A model generated the notes under the pieces. That model saw only the letters and a program-made list of their open reading frames with translations. It searched no databases and was not told where the DNA came from. The translations under genes and the position numbers were made by a program. A stretch of DNA of 64,000 nucleotides from an uncultured Actinomycetes bacterium (GTDB lineage Bacteria; Actinomycetota; Acidimicrobiia; IMCC26256; PALSA-555), in the NCBI GenBank assembly GCA_963821325.1, contig CAWGDC010000001.1, forward strand, positions 450,178-514,177, in the 5' to 3' direction. This document shows positions 9,043 to 18,600 of the stretch, one piece after another. Positions within the stretch are counted from its first letter, which is position 1. Every line of letters begins with the position of its first letter.

Positions 9043-10170
9043 GTGAGCCGCGCCGGAGGCGCAACGACCACGGACGAGACGCCCCGACCCCAGACCTCCA
9101 CCCGGGACCTCAGCGACCTCCACGACCGCCTCGTGACGTGGATCGAGGGGCGGCTTCCGCCCGGCGCACGCCCCGACGTGTCCGCGTTCGACGTGCCCAG
9201 CAGCAACGGCCTGTCGAGCGAGACGGTGCTGTTCGACGTCACCTGGCACGACGCCGGGACACCCCGCGTCGATCGGCTGGTGGCCCGGCTCGCGCCCGCG
9301 GCGTCGGCGGTTCCCGTGTTCCCGTCGTACGACCTCGAGCGGCAGTACCGCGTGCTCGAGGCCGTCGCCGCGCGCAGCTCGGTCCCCGTGCCCCACGTCC
9401 GCTGGCTCGAGCTCGACGCCGGGCCGCTCGGCTCGCCGTTCTTCATCATGGACCGCGTCGACGGACAGGTGCCGCCCGACCTCATGCCGTACAACATCAG
9501 CAGCTGGCTGACCGAAGCCACCCCGGCCCAGCGCGACCAGCTCCAGGACCGCACCGTGGCGATCCTCGCCGCCCTGCACGGCATCGAGCAGGCAACCGAC
9601 CGGTTCTCGTTCCTCGAGCCGCCGGGGACCGGCTCACTCCTCGAACGTCATGTCGCCGCGCTGTGGTCGTACTACGAGTGGGTGAGCGCCGGGACCCGCC
9701 AGCCGCTCCTCGAGCGCTGCTTCGCATGGCTGCGCGACCACTGGCCCGCGCACGAGAGCGACGCCACCCTGAGCTGGGGCGACTCGCGGATCGGCAACAT
9801 CATCTACCGCGACTTCGAGCCCGTCGCCGTCCTCGACTGGGAGATGGCGACGCTCGGACCGCCCGAGCTCGACGTCGGTTGGCTCATCTTCATGCACCGG
9901 TTCTTCCAAGACGTCGTGGCCCAGTTCACCCTGCCCGGGCTGCCCGACTTCCTCCGGCGCGACGACGTCGCCCAGCGCTACGAGGCCCTGACCGGCCATG
10001 CCCCCCGGGACCTGGACTTCTACGAGCTGTACGCCGCGTTGCGGCACGGGATCATCATGAGTCGGATCCAACAGCGGGCCATCCACTTCGGTGAGGCCGT
10101 CCGCCCCGACGACCCCGACGACCTCATCACGCACCGGTCCACGCTCGAGGCGATGCTCGCCGGCGACTAG
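9043..10170 (+). CDS. phosphotransferase (APH/choline-kinase-like) family protein
   Basis: ORF 9043..10170 contains ...TLSWGDSRIGNIIYRDFEPVAVLDWEMATLGPPELDVGW (kinase catalytic-loop/DxD-like region). Confidence 0.75.
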   Translation: MSRAGGATTTDETPRPQTSTRDLSDLHDRLVTWIEGRLPPGARPDVSAFDVPSSNGLSSETVLFDVTWHDAGTPRVDRLVARLAPAASAVPVFPSYDLERQYRVLEAVAARSSVPVPHVRWLELDAGPLGSPFFIMDRVDGQVPPDLMPYNISSWLTEATPAQRDQLQDRTVAILAALHGIEQATDRFSFLEPPGTGSLLERHVAALWSYYEWVSAGTRQPLLERCFAWLRDHWPAHESDATLSWGDSRIGNIIYRDFEPVAVLDWEMATLGPPELDVGWLIFMHRFFQDVVAQFTLPGLPDFLRRDDVAQRYEALTGHAPRDLDFYELYAALRHGIIMSRIQQRAIHFGEAVRPDDPDDLITHRSTLEAMLAGD

Positions 10171-10286
10171 CGACCCGAGCCGGCGGCGCCGCGAATTCGG
10201 TCGGCGACCGAGCGCCGCCCGCTACCCTGACGATCGTGTAGCGCGCCACCCACCGTCTCGCTCCGTCGACCACCTGGGTTTCGCGC

Positions 10287-11936
10287 ATGCCGTCACCACG
10301 CTCGTTCAGCCTCACCGCGCACGCCGTCTCGTTCGCTCGCGGTGACCAGCAGATCCTCGATCACGTCGACCTGACCATCGGTCCCGGGACACGGGTCGGT
10401 GTCGTCGGACCGAACGGTGCCGGGAAGTCAACGCTGCTGCGCATCCTCGCCGGCTTCGAGCACCCCAACACCGGAGCGGTCGCGGCGAGCCCCGACGACC
10501 TGCGCGTCGCCTATCTCCCCCAGGAGACCGATCCCGTCGACGGCACGGTCCGCGGCCTCCTCGCCCGACGCACGGGCGTCGCCGCTGTCACCGCGCAGCT
10601 GGAGGCAGCCGGCCGTGCAGTAGCCGCTGACGAACCGGGAGCACCCGAGCGGTACGCGACCGCGCTCGACGCGTTCCTCGCCGTCGCGCGCCGCGGACTT
10701 CGACACGCGCGCCACGGCCGTCGCCGCAGAGGTCGGGCTGCCCGATCGCGCTGCTCGACCGACCATCAGGCAGCCTCTCCGGCGGTGAGGCGGCCCGTGC
10801 CGCCCTCGCCGCCGTGCTCCTCGTTCGAGCGGACGTGGTCCTGCTGGACGAGCCGACGAACGACCTGGACTTCGTCAGGGCTCGAGCATCTCGAAGGCTT
10901 CGTCGCGTCGCAGCGCGGCGGCGTGGTCGTCGTGAGCCACGACCGGTCCTTCCTCGAACACACCGCGACATCGATCCTCGAGCTGGACGGGCACACCCAC
11001 CAGGCACGGCTCTTCCGGGGCGGCTGGGCCGCCTACCTCGACGAGCGCGCCGTGTCCCGACGGCACGGCGAGGAGCGATACCGCGAGTACGAGGCCGAGC
11101 GGGCACGGCTCCGGCGCCGGGCCCAGCGCCAGCGCGAGTGGGCGACGCAGGGCACCCGCCGCGCCCAGCGCGACGCCAACGAGCCCGACAAGCTGCTCCG
11201 CAACAGGCGCATCGCCGCGTCCGAGCAGCTCGCCACGAAGGCCAAGGCCAGCGAGCGAGCCCTCGAGCGACTCCCCGAGGTCGACAAACCCTGGGAAGGA
11301 TGGGACCTGCGGTTCCAGATCGCCGACGCGCCTCGGAGCGGCGCAGTCGCCTTCCGCCTCTCCCACGCCCGGATCGAGCGGGGTGCGCTGAGCCTCGGGC
11401 CCGTGAACGTCGAGGTGCGTTGGGCGGATCGCATCGCGATCGTGGGCCCCAACGGCGCCGGCAAGACGACCCTGCTCGCCGCCCTGCTCGGCGAGGTGCC
11501 GCTCACCACCGGCCACCGGTGGATCGGACCGAGCGTCGTCGTCGGCAACCTGGACCAGCGGAGACAGCGCCTCCTCAGCGACGCGACGCTGCTCGACCTC
11601 CTCCCGCCCTTCGGCGGGCTGCGCACCGCCGATGTTCGGAGCCAGCTCGCCAAGTTCGGGCTGGGCGCCGGCCAGCTGCGCCAACCCACCGCGACGCTGT
11701 CCCCTGGCGAACGCACGAGGGCGATCCTCGCCGAGTTCGCGCTGCGAGGCGTCAACTGCCTCGTGCTCGACGAGCCGACCAACCAGCTCGACGTCCCGGC
11801 CATCGAGGAGCTCGAATCGGCGCTCGATCAGTACCCCGGCACGCTGCTCCTGGTCAGCCACGACCGGGCACTCCTCGAGCACGTCGAGATCACCCGCCAC
11901 TGGGTGATCCGAGATGCCACGGTGGAAGAAGCGTGA
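10287..11936 (+). CDS. ABC-F family ATPase (two ABC domains, no TM domain); three clustered frame disruptions as sequenced
   Basis: Walker A occurs twice (VVGPNGAGKSTLL, IVGPNGAGKTTLL). The first signature/Walker B, LSGGEAARAALAAVLLVRADVVLLDEPTNDLDF, is only readable in the frame of ORF 10814... The second is LSPGERTR...LVLDEPTNQLD. The frame path is 0 -> +1 -> +2 -> 0 near ~10685, ~10750 and ~10874. Confidence 0.8.
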   Translation: MPSPRSFSLTAHAVSFARGDQQILDHVDLTIGPGTRVGVVGPNGAGKSTLLRILAGFEHPNTGAVAASPDDLRVAYLPQETDPVDGTVRGLLARRTGVAAVTAQLEAAGRAVAADEPGAPERYATALDAFLAVARRGLRHARHGRRRRGRAARSRCSTDHQAASPAVRRPVPPSPPCSSFERTWSCWTSRRTTWTSSGLEHLEGFVASQRGGVVVVSHDRSFLEHTATSILELDGHTHQARLFRGGWAAYLDERAVSRRHGEERYREYEAERARLRRRAQRQREWATQGTRRAQRDANEPDKLLRNRRIAASEQLATKAKASERALERLPEVDKPWEGWDLRFQIADAPRSGAVAFRLSHARIERGALSLGPVNVEVRWADRIAIVGPNGAGKTTLLAALLGEVPLTTGHRWIGPSVVVGNLDQRRQRLLSDATLLDLLPPFGGLRTADVRSQLAKFGLGAGQLRQPTATLSPGERTRAILAEFALRGVNCLVLDEPTNQLDVPAIEELESALDQYPGTLLLVSHDRALLEHVEITRHWVIRDATVEEA

Positions 11937-12013
11937 CGGGCCGGTGCTCTGGAATAGCGGGACACCGCGGGGCGCTGCATGATGGAGCAGGTCGACAGCG
12001 AAAGGAGCGCGTC

Positions 12014-12460
12014 GTGACGGTGAAGGAGCTCGGTCACCTGGTCCTCTACGTCCGAGACCTCGAGCGCTCCGAGCGGTTCTACCGCGACGTCCTCGGCTGG
12101 CAGGAGATCAGCCGCCCGGCCACCATGCCCGCGGCGGCGTTCTCGTCGGGTCGGACCCACCATGAGTTGCTCCTCATCGAAGTCGGGCCCGACGCGCAGC
12201 CCATCCCGTCCGGACGTCGCGTCGGCCTGTACCACTTCGGCCTCAAGGTCGGCGAGACCGACGACGAGCTCCGCGACGCGTTGGCACGCGTGCAAGAGGC
12301 CGGCGTCCACATCGTGGGCACCAGCGACCACACGGTCACCCACAGCCTCTACGTGCTCGATCCTGACGGCAACGAGGTCGAGCTCTACGTGGACATGCCT
12401 GGGCAGGACTGGGACGACCCCGCGACGGTGCTCGCCCCCGTCAAGCCGCTGCGCCTCTGA
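12014..12460 (+). CDS. VOC family protein (glyoxalase/extradiol-dioxygenase-like)
   Basis: This is the last 148 codons of ORF 10814..12460, from GTG 12014 (AAAGGAG 7 nt upstream): VTVKELGHLVLYVRDLERSERFYRDVLGW...HHELLL...LYHFGLKV...SLYVLDPDGNEVELY. Confidence 0.85.
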   Translation: MTVKELGHLVLYVRDLERSERFYRDVLGWQEISRPATMPAAAFSSGRTHHELLLIEVGPDAQPIPSGRRVGLYHFGLKVGETDDELRDALARVQEAGVHIVGTSDHTVTHSLYVLDPDGNEVELYVDMPGQDWDDPATVLAPVKPLRL

Positions 12461-12477
12461 CGCGTCCGGTGCGGTCA

Positions 12478-13430
12478 TCAGCTGAGCGGATGCTGCTGGA
12501 AGAACGCCCAGATCATCGAGGACGCCTGGACCTGCGACTGCGGACCGAGCACCCGGGTGATGCTGCGCGGCAGCGGCGGCCCGCCCGGCCACGTGTGACC
12601 CGCCCCGCTGATCGTGTACAGGGACACGACCGCGCCTCCGGCGCACCCCGCGTACTCGGTCAGCTGCCCGCCCGGCCCGACAGCTTGCGTCGACGGCGTG
12701 GTCGAACAGGAATCCTGGGCGGCCCAGCGCTGCGCCGCGACGGGCACGCTGTAGGTCCAGTACGCCTGGCCATTGCCGTTGTACGGATCGACCGGGTCGG
12801 CGGTCCCATGGAACGAGACGACCGGCACCGGCCGCGTCGCGCGGCACGGGCTCGGCAGACGTAGGCCGCTGACGGGCGCGATGGCTGCGATGCGCGCGAG
12901 AGGTCACAGCCCAGCTGGCTGCTCAGCCGGGCGCCGCCCGAGAATCCGGTGGCGTAGACACGCCTCGTGTCGACGCAGTAGCGCTGCTCCAGGTAGGTGA
13001 TCGCCTGGGCAATGAACAAGACGTCGTTCGCCGACCCGCTCGGCACGGCCTTTCCACCGAGCAGCGGGACACCCGGCACGTTCCAGTCGAAGCCCGACCC
13101 CGAGCGAATAGCGCCTTGCGGGTACGCAACGATGAAGCTGTTCGCGTCCGCGGTCGCGTTCATGCCGCTGAACGCCTCTTGTTGCGTTGCGGACGATCCG
13201 CTGCCGTGCAAGTTCAAGACGAGCGGAACGGGACGCTTGCCCGTGTAGCCCGAGGGAGTGTGCACTACGACGGTGCGAGCGCGTCCCGACGCTCGGACGC
13301 CGAACGTCGTCGTACGCGACCCACCGGACCCGGTGCACCCCGGAGTGCTGGCACCGGCAGCGCCGACGCCGGCGGCGCTGGCCGCCACACCGGCCGCGAC
13401 GACAGCCGCCATGGTCAGACTGATCATCAC
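12478..13430 (-). CDS. secreted alpha/beta-hydrolase, PHB-depolymerase/LpqC-like esterase family; one frame disruption as sequenced
   Basis: The N-terminal part comes from ATG 13428-13430 inside ORF 12660..13778 (MISLTMAAVVAAGVAASAAG signal-like; LVLNLHGSG; YATGFSGGA). The C-terminal part is ORF 12478..12828 (VVSFHGTADPVDPY...GAGHTWPG). One base appears to be missing near ~12895. Confidence 0.7.
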
Positions 13431-13604
13431 GCCCCGAACGGTGCCGCCCCACCGCCGAAGCTCTCCCCCGGCGCTCGCACCCACGCGTGTGACCTCCTCA
13501 AGGCACCCGCTCGGACGTGAGCGCACCATCTCACGAATTCGAGACGAAGGCCCGTCGCCCCGGACCCACGTCGCGCCGGACGCGCCCATCCCAGTACGCT
13601 GTGT

Positions 13605-13660
13605 GACGGCGATGGAGCTCGCCGCAACCGCCTCCCTGCGAGGCTGATGGCTCCTACCCG
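13605..13660 (+). promoter_or_regulatory. fluoride riboswitch (crcB RNA motif)
   Basis: GACGGCGAUGGAGCUCGCCGCAACCGCCUCCCUGCGAGGCUGAUGGCUCCUACCC matches my memory of the crcB-motif aptamer (GGCGAUGG..GCC..AAC.GCC....GGCUGAUG..CUCCUAC). It lies directly upstream of crcB. Confidence 0.85.
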
Positions 13661-13685
13661 ACCAAACACCGTGCGGGAGGACCAG

Positions 13686-14177
13686 ATGGACGCGGAGCTC
13701 CACGGATCGCCGCCGGCGGAGACGTCGGCCGCGCCTCGGCCGTCCGTCCCGACCGACCGTGAGGGCCGGTTGCGGCATCGCCAGTGGGACTTGCTCGTCG
13801 CCGTCGGCGCGGGCGGCGCGCTCGGCACGTTGGGTCGCTACGAGTTGGGCCTCGCCATCCCGACACCCACGGGCAGCTTTCCGTGGGCCATCTTCATCGT
13901 CAACGTCACCGGCGCTCTCGTCTTGGGTTTCGCCGTGACCCTGGCCCTCGCCGGCATCGTCCCGAGTCGCTACGTACGGCCGGCCGTCGGCATCGGCTTC
14001 TGTGGCGGCCTGACCACGTTCTCAACCTGGATGGTGGACACCGTGAACCTCGGTAATGCGCACCATGCCGTGGCCGCCACGCTGAACGTCGTGGCAACGT
14101 TGACCACGGGACTGGTGGCGCTGTTCCTCGGCGTCGTGGCGGCACGACTCATCACGAGGCAAGGAGCCCGATCATGA
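13686..14177 (+). CDS. crcB: fluoride channel CrcB/FluC, copy 1
   Basis: ORF 13647..14177 was trimmed to in-frame ATG 13686 (GGGAGG 5-6 nt upstream), because ATG 13647 lies inside the riboswitch aptamer. Motifs: [34 protein letters not shown]. Confidence 0.85.
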   Translation: MDAELHGSPPAETSAAPRPSVPTDREGRLRHRQWDLLVAVGAGGALGTLGRYELGLAIPTPTGSFPWAIFIVNVTGALVLGFAVTLALAGIVPSRYVRPAVGIGFCGGLTTFSTWMVDTVNLGNAHHAVAATLNVVATLTTGLVALFLGVVAARLITRQGARS

Positions 14178-14509
14178 ACAGCGAAGGATCCGCCGAGCGA
14201 CTCACGATCTTCGTCGGCGAAACCGACCGGCACGCTCACATGCCCTTGTACACGGAGATCGTGCACCGTGCGCATGCAGCGGGGCTTGCCGGCGCGACGG
14301 TGCTTCGCGGGATCGAAGGCTTCGGTGCGTCCAACCACGTGCATACGGCCCGGATCCTGCGCCTCAGCGAGGACCTGCCCGTCATGATCGTGATCGTCGA
14401 CACCCCCGAACGCCTCGACGCCTTCCTCCCTCAGCTCGACGATCTGATCAGCGAAGGACTCGTCATCCGCGAGCCCGTCGAGGTCGTCAAGTACGTGGGT
14501 CGCCCCTGA
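14174..14509 (+). CDS. DUF190 (PII-like) domain protein, commonly associated with crcB
   Basis: ORF 14174..14509 contains [11 protein letters not shown]...[28 protein letters not shown]. It has an ATGA overlap with crcB-1 and a TGATG overlap with crcB-2. Confidence 0.8.
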   Translation: MNSEGSAERLTIFVGETDRHAHMPLYTEIVHRAHAAGLAGATVLRGIEGFGASNHVHTARILRLSEDLPVMIVIVDTPERLDAFLPQLDDLISEGLVIREPVEVVKYVGRP

Positions 14510-14874
14510 TGCCCGCCCTCGTCGCCCTCGCCGGCGGCTTCGGCGCCGTCGCGCGGTTCGTCCTCGACGGGCTCATTCAGGACCGCACGGACAGCCCGCT
14601 GCCGCTCGGCACCTTCGTGATCAACCTCACCGGCTCGTTCCTGCTCGGCGTGCTCTCGGGACTGGTCATCCACCACACGTTGAGTACCCATACCAAGCTG
14701 ATCGCCGGCACCGGTTTCCTCGGCGGCTACACGACCTTCTCGACCTTCGCCTACGAGACCTTCCAGCTCGCCGAAGACCGCGCCCGAGGCTTGGCCACGC
14801 TCAACATGGCCCTCAGCGTCGCCGCCGGGCTCGCGGCCGCAACGATCGGCCTGCTCGTGACCGGCGGGCTGTGA
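14509..14874 (+). CDS. crcB: fluoride channel CrcB/FluC, copy 2
   Basis: ORF 14509..14874 contains GGFGAVARF, FVINLTGSFLLG and GFLGGYTTFSTF. Confidence 0.9.
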   Translation: MPALVALAGGFGAVARFVLDGLIQDRTDSPLPLGTFVINLTGSFLLGVLSGLVIHHTLSTHTKLIAGTGFLGGYTTFSTFAYETFQLAEDRARGLATLNMALSVAAGLAAATIGLLVTGGL

Positions 14875-14966
14875 TCGGTACGTCAGCCGGCATCCGTCGC
14901 GTCGTGTCGCCGCATGCCCCCGGACTCCCCCTGGCGCCATGACCACCACCCGAGCAGCGTCGATCC

Positions 14967-15659
14967 ATGGGTGATCCCGACGCTGAGGAACGAGGCGCGG
15001 TGCAGCAGCTAGTCCGCGACCGGCTCGCCCGTCTCACCCGTGATGGTGTCACGACCGCCCGCCTCGACGGCAGCGTCCACCAGCTGTTCCCGGTCGCGCC
15101 GAACGCGAGGGAAGGCGCCGCGCTCCGCGACTGCGTGATCCAACTCCGAGCCGTCAAAACCGTTGAGGTGGGTCTCGGCTACGGCATCTCCGCCCTGTAC
15201 ATCTTCGACGGCCTGCTCAGCGGCGCCCGGGTCGCACCTCGCCATGTCGTCATCGACCCTCACCAGCGGACCAGGTTCGCCGACTGCGGGCTACAGCACC
15301 TCGACGATGCCGGCGTGCTGTCCATGGTTGACCACTACCGCGACGAATCGCAGATCGTCCTGCCGCGTCTGCTGCGAGAAGAGCGGGCCTTCGACCTCGC
15401 GTTTGTGGACGGCAACCACCGTTTCGACGGTGTCTTCCTCGACCTCGTCTACCTCGGACGGCTCGTCCAGCCGCAGGGAATCATCTTCCTCGACGACTAT
15501 CAGCTGCCCGCGGTGCGGCGTGCGGCGGCGTTCTTCGTGACGAATCTCGGCTGGACGCTGGAAGAGACGTCCCGCACGGACCAGCATCACGGGTGGGCAG
15601 TACTTCGAACAGCGCTCGGGCCAGATGCTCGCGCCTTCGACGACTTCGTCGAGTTCTAG
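14967..15659 (+). CDS. class I SAM-dependent methyltransferase (O-methyltransferase-like)
   Basis: ORF 14967..15659 contains VEVGLGYGISALYI (motif I-like) and FDLAFVDGNHRFDGVFLDLVYLGRLVQPQGIIFLDD. Confidence 0.7.
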   Translation: MGDPDAEERGAVQQLVRDRLARLTRDGVTTARLDGSVHQLFPVAPNAREGAALRDCVIQLRAVKTVEVGLGYGISALYIFDGLLSGARVAPRHVVIDPHQRTRFADCGLQHLDDAGVLSMVDHYRDESQIVLPRLLREERAFDLAFVDGNHRFDGVFLDLVYLGRLVQPQGIIFLDDYQLPAVRRAAAFFVTNLGWTLEETSRTDQHHGWAVLRTALGPDARAFDDFVEF

Positions 15660-15670
15660 TGACCATCGCC

Positions 15671-15695
15671 GAGCCTGAGCGCGTCCCTCAGGCTC
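15671..15695. terminator. hairpin between the convergent methyltransferase and nrdJ genes
   Basis: Perfect 9-bp stem GAGCCTGAG/CTCAGGCTC with 7-nt loop CGCGTCC, sitting between stop 15657-15659 (+) and stop 15699-15701 (-). There is no clear U-tract. Confidence 0.5.
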
Positions 15696-15698
15696 CGA

Positions 15699-18600
15699 TC
15701 AAGAGCAGCCGCTCGTCGCGCCGCAGCTCGGACAGGCATGGCACGAACCGGCGCGCTGCATGATGTCGCCGCACACGTAGCAAAGAACCACCTCGACATC
15801 ACGTCCCGTCGGGTTCACCGTCCCGGTCTCGACCGGTGCCGCGGTGAGGGCGGCCGACGGTGCCCGATCCTCCGGCGGCAGCACGTCGAAGCCGCCCTGG
15901 CTGGGCGTCGCGGCCTCCTCCACCCCGGGCAGCGTCGGCTGGAGGCGCTCGGACACCGTGAAGATCCCGAGGTCGGCGCGCTCGTCGACGGACAGGTACT
16001 CGACAGCAAGGCGCCGGAAGATGTAGTCGACGAGGCTCGTCGCGATCCGGATCTCGGGGTCGTCGGTGATACCAGCGGGCTCGAACCGCATGTTGGTGAA
16101 CATCTCGACGAACGCGCGGAGCGGGACGCCGTACTGCAAGCCGTGGCTCACCGAGATCGCGAAGGCATCCATGATCCCCGCCAGGGTCGAGCCCTGCTTG
16201 GCGACCTTCAGGAACACCTCGCCGGGGCGGCCGTCCTCGAACTCGCCCACCGTCGCGTAGCCGTGGCAGTCCGCGACCCGGAACGAGAACGTCTTCGAGG
16301 TGCGGGTGCGGGGCAGCTTCTGACGTACCGGGCTCTGCACGATGACGTGCTCGACGACCCGCTCCACCTGCTGGGCGAGCGCGCTCGACGCGCCGCCTTC
16401 CTCGGCGGCACCTTCCTTCTTCTGGGTCGCGAGGGGCTGGCCGACCTTGCAGTTGTCCCGGTAGAGGGCGATGGCCTTGATGCCGAGCTTCCACGAATCG
16501 AGGTAGAGCTGCTCGACCTCCTCGACCGTGGCGGACTCGGGCATGTTCGCCGTCTTCGAGATCGCACCGCTGATGAACGGCTGCACCGCCGCCATCATCT
16601 TCACGTGACCCATGTAGTGGATCGTGTTGTCACCCATCGAGCAGGCGAAGACCGGGAGATGCTCGGCCTTGAAGCGGGGCGCCCCGATGATCGTCTTGTG
16701 CTCGTCGATGTGACCGATGATCGCCGCCGCCTCGTCGTCGGAGTAGCCGAGCTTGGCGAGAGCGCGAGGCACCGTCTGGTTGACGATGAACATCGTGCCG
16801 CCGCCGACCAGCTTCTTCGCCTTCGTCAGCGCGAGATCGGGCTCGATCCCGGTCGTGTCGCAGTCGAGCGCGAGACCGATCGTCCCCGTCGGCGCGATGA
16901 CAACCGCCTGGGAGTTCCTGACACCGTGCGCCTCGGCAACCTCGACGGCGTCGTCCCACGCCCGTTGCGCCGCGCTGAGCAGATCGATCGGCACGCTGTC
17001 CTCGTCGATCTTGGCGACCTCGGCGCGGTGCATCCGCAGCACCTCGACCATCGGCTCGGCGTTCTCGGCGAAGCCGGCGAAGGGACCCATGCGGCGGGCC
17101 GTGCGGGCGCTCGTGGCGTAGGCGTGCCCGGTCATGAGCGCGGTGATCGTCCCCGCCCACGCGCGGCCCTCCGGTGAGTCGTACGGGAGACCCTGGGCCA
17201 TCAGCAGCGCGCCGAGGTTCGCGTAGCCGAGGCCGAGCTGGCGGAACCGACGCGTCGTCTCGGCGATCTTGTCCGTCGGGTAGTCGGCGTTGCCCACGAT
17301 GATCTCCTGGGCGGTGAACACCACCTCGACCGTCTGGCGGAACGCCTCGACGTCGAACGTGCCCTCGTCGTCGAGGTACTTCAGCAGGTTGATGCTCGCG
17401 AGGTTGCAGGCCGAATTGTCCAACGACATGTATTCTGAGCAGTTCCGCACAATTGTCCCATTTACTACGTAGCTGTGGTTCCGTGGCTCGCAGAGGTTGT
17501 ACGTGAGCTCGACGCCGTCGTCGCAACGCTCGACGAGGCGAACGGCATCGTGCCGGACGGAACAGCGGTGCCCGGCGATGCATCGAGCGAGCTTCGTCGA
17601 CTTCGACGGGATAGCGAACCCGATCACGTCGGCGAATCGCGGGATCGATTCGCCGGTGATGCGCAGGTCGAACATCGGCCCCGACACATAGTCGACCTGG
17701 GACCCGTCCTTACGTTCGTAGGTGAACGTCGACCGTGACCGGTTCGGCATCTCGTAGATCCGCGAGAAGATCCCGAACGTCGTCAAGAGCCGCTGCACGC
17801 CTCGCAGCAGCTCATCGGACGCCGACCCGAGCCCGACGTAGTGGCAGGTCCGCCCGTCGTAGACGCAGCCGTCCGCGTCGAACAGGCCCTGCAGGAAGGC
17901 GGCAACGACCTCGGTCGGTGCCTGGTAGATCGCGTGCGGCACCGTCTTCCCGCTGGCGCGCTCTCGGCTAACGCCGAGGGCTCCGAGGACGTCCCGGATC
18001 GCCCGCCGTCCGGCGCGCAACTGGACTGTGCCGTTGGCCTGCCGCGAGGGCTTCGCGAGCGTTCCGGTGATCGACGCCAGAAATTCGCGGTGTGCAGGAA
18101 GGACGTGCTCCTGCTCCTCGTCGCCGCCGTAGACGGTGACCGCGATGGCATCGGTGAGACAGCCGTCGCCGACGAGCCAGCCGAGGTAGTGCCCAAGCTC
18201 GGGGCTCCACTTCTCGGGGAGGCGCATGCCGCGTCGCTCGCGCAGGTCTCCGGCCAACGCCGGCCTCGAGCGCCGCGGACGGGAGCCGCCAGTCCGCGCT
18301 CGTGGCGGGTGCGGGGAGGTCGAGCACCTTGACCCGGTCGTCCGGGGTCAGCTCGGATGCGGCGACGTAGCCGCGGTTCGTGGTGAAGAGGGCGTGGTTG
18401 GGCGTGCAGCGCAGCTGCATCCCGTTCGAAAAGGTGAGCTTCACGATCTCGTTCATGCCGCGTGAGCATGACGGCGTCCGGGCGTGTCACCTCGACCCGT
18501 TGCGCCGGCGCGGTCGGGCTCGTGACGTCGTGCGTGTAGACGCCGACCACGTCGCCCTCTTGGGCCAGCTCGGACAAGCTCACCAAACCGCAGGAGCCCC

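Noticed and set aside
13647-13685. ATG 13647 as the crcB start codon
   Set aside because: This AUG is part of the conserved CUGAUGG segment of the fluoride riboswitch aptamer. The in-frame ATG 13686 has a proper SD.
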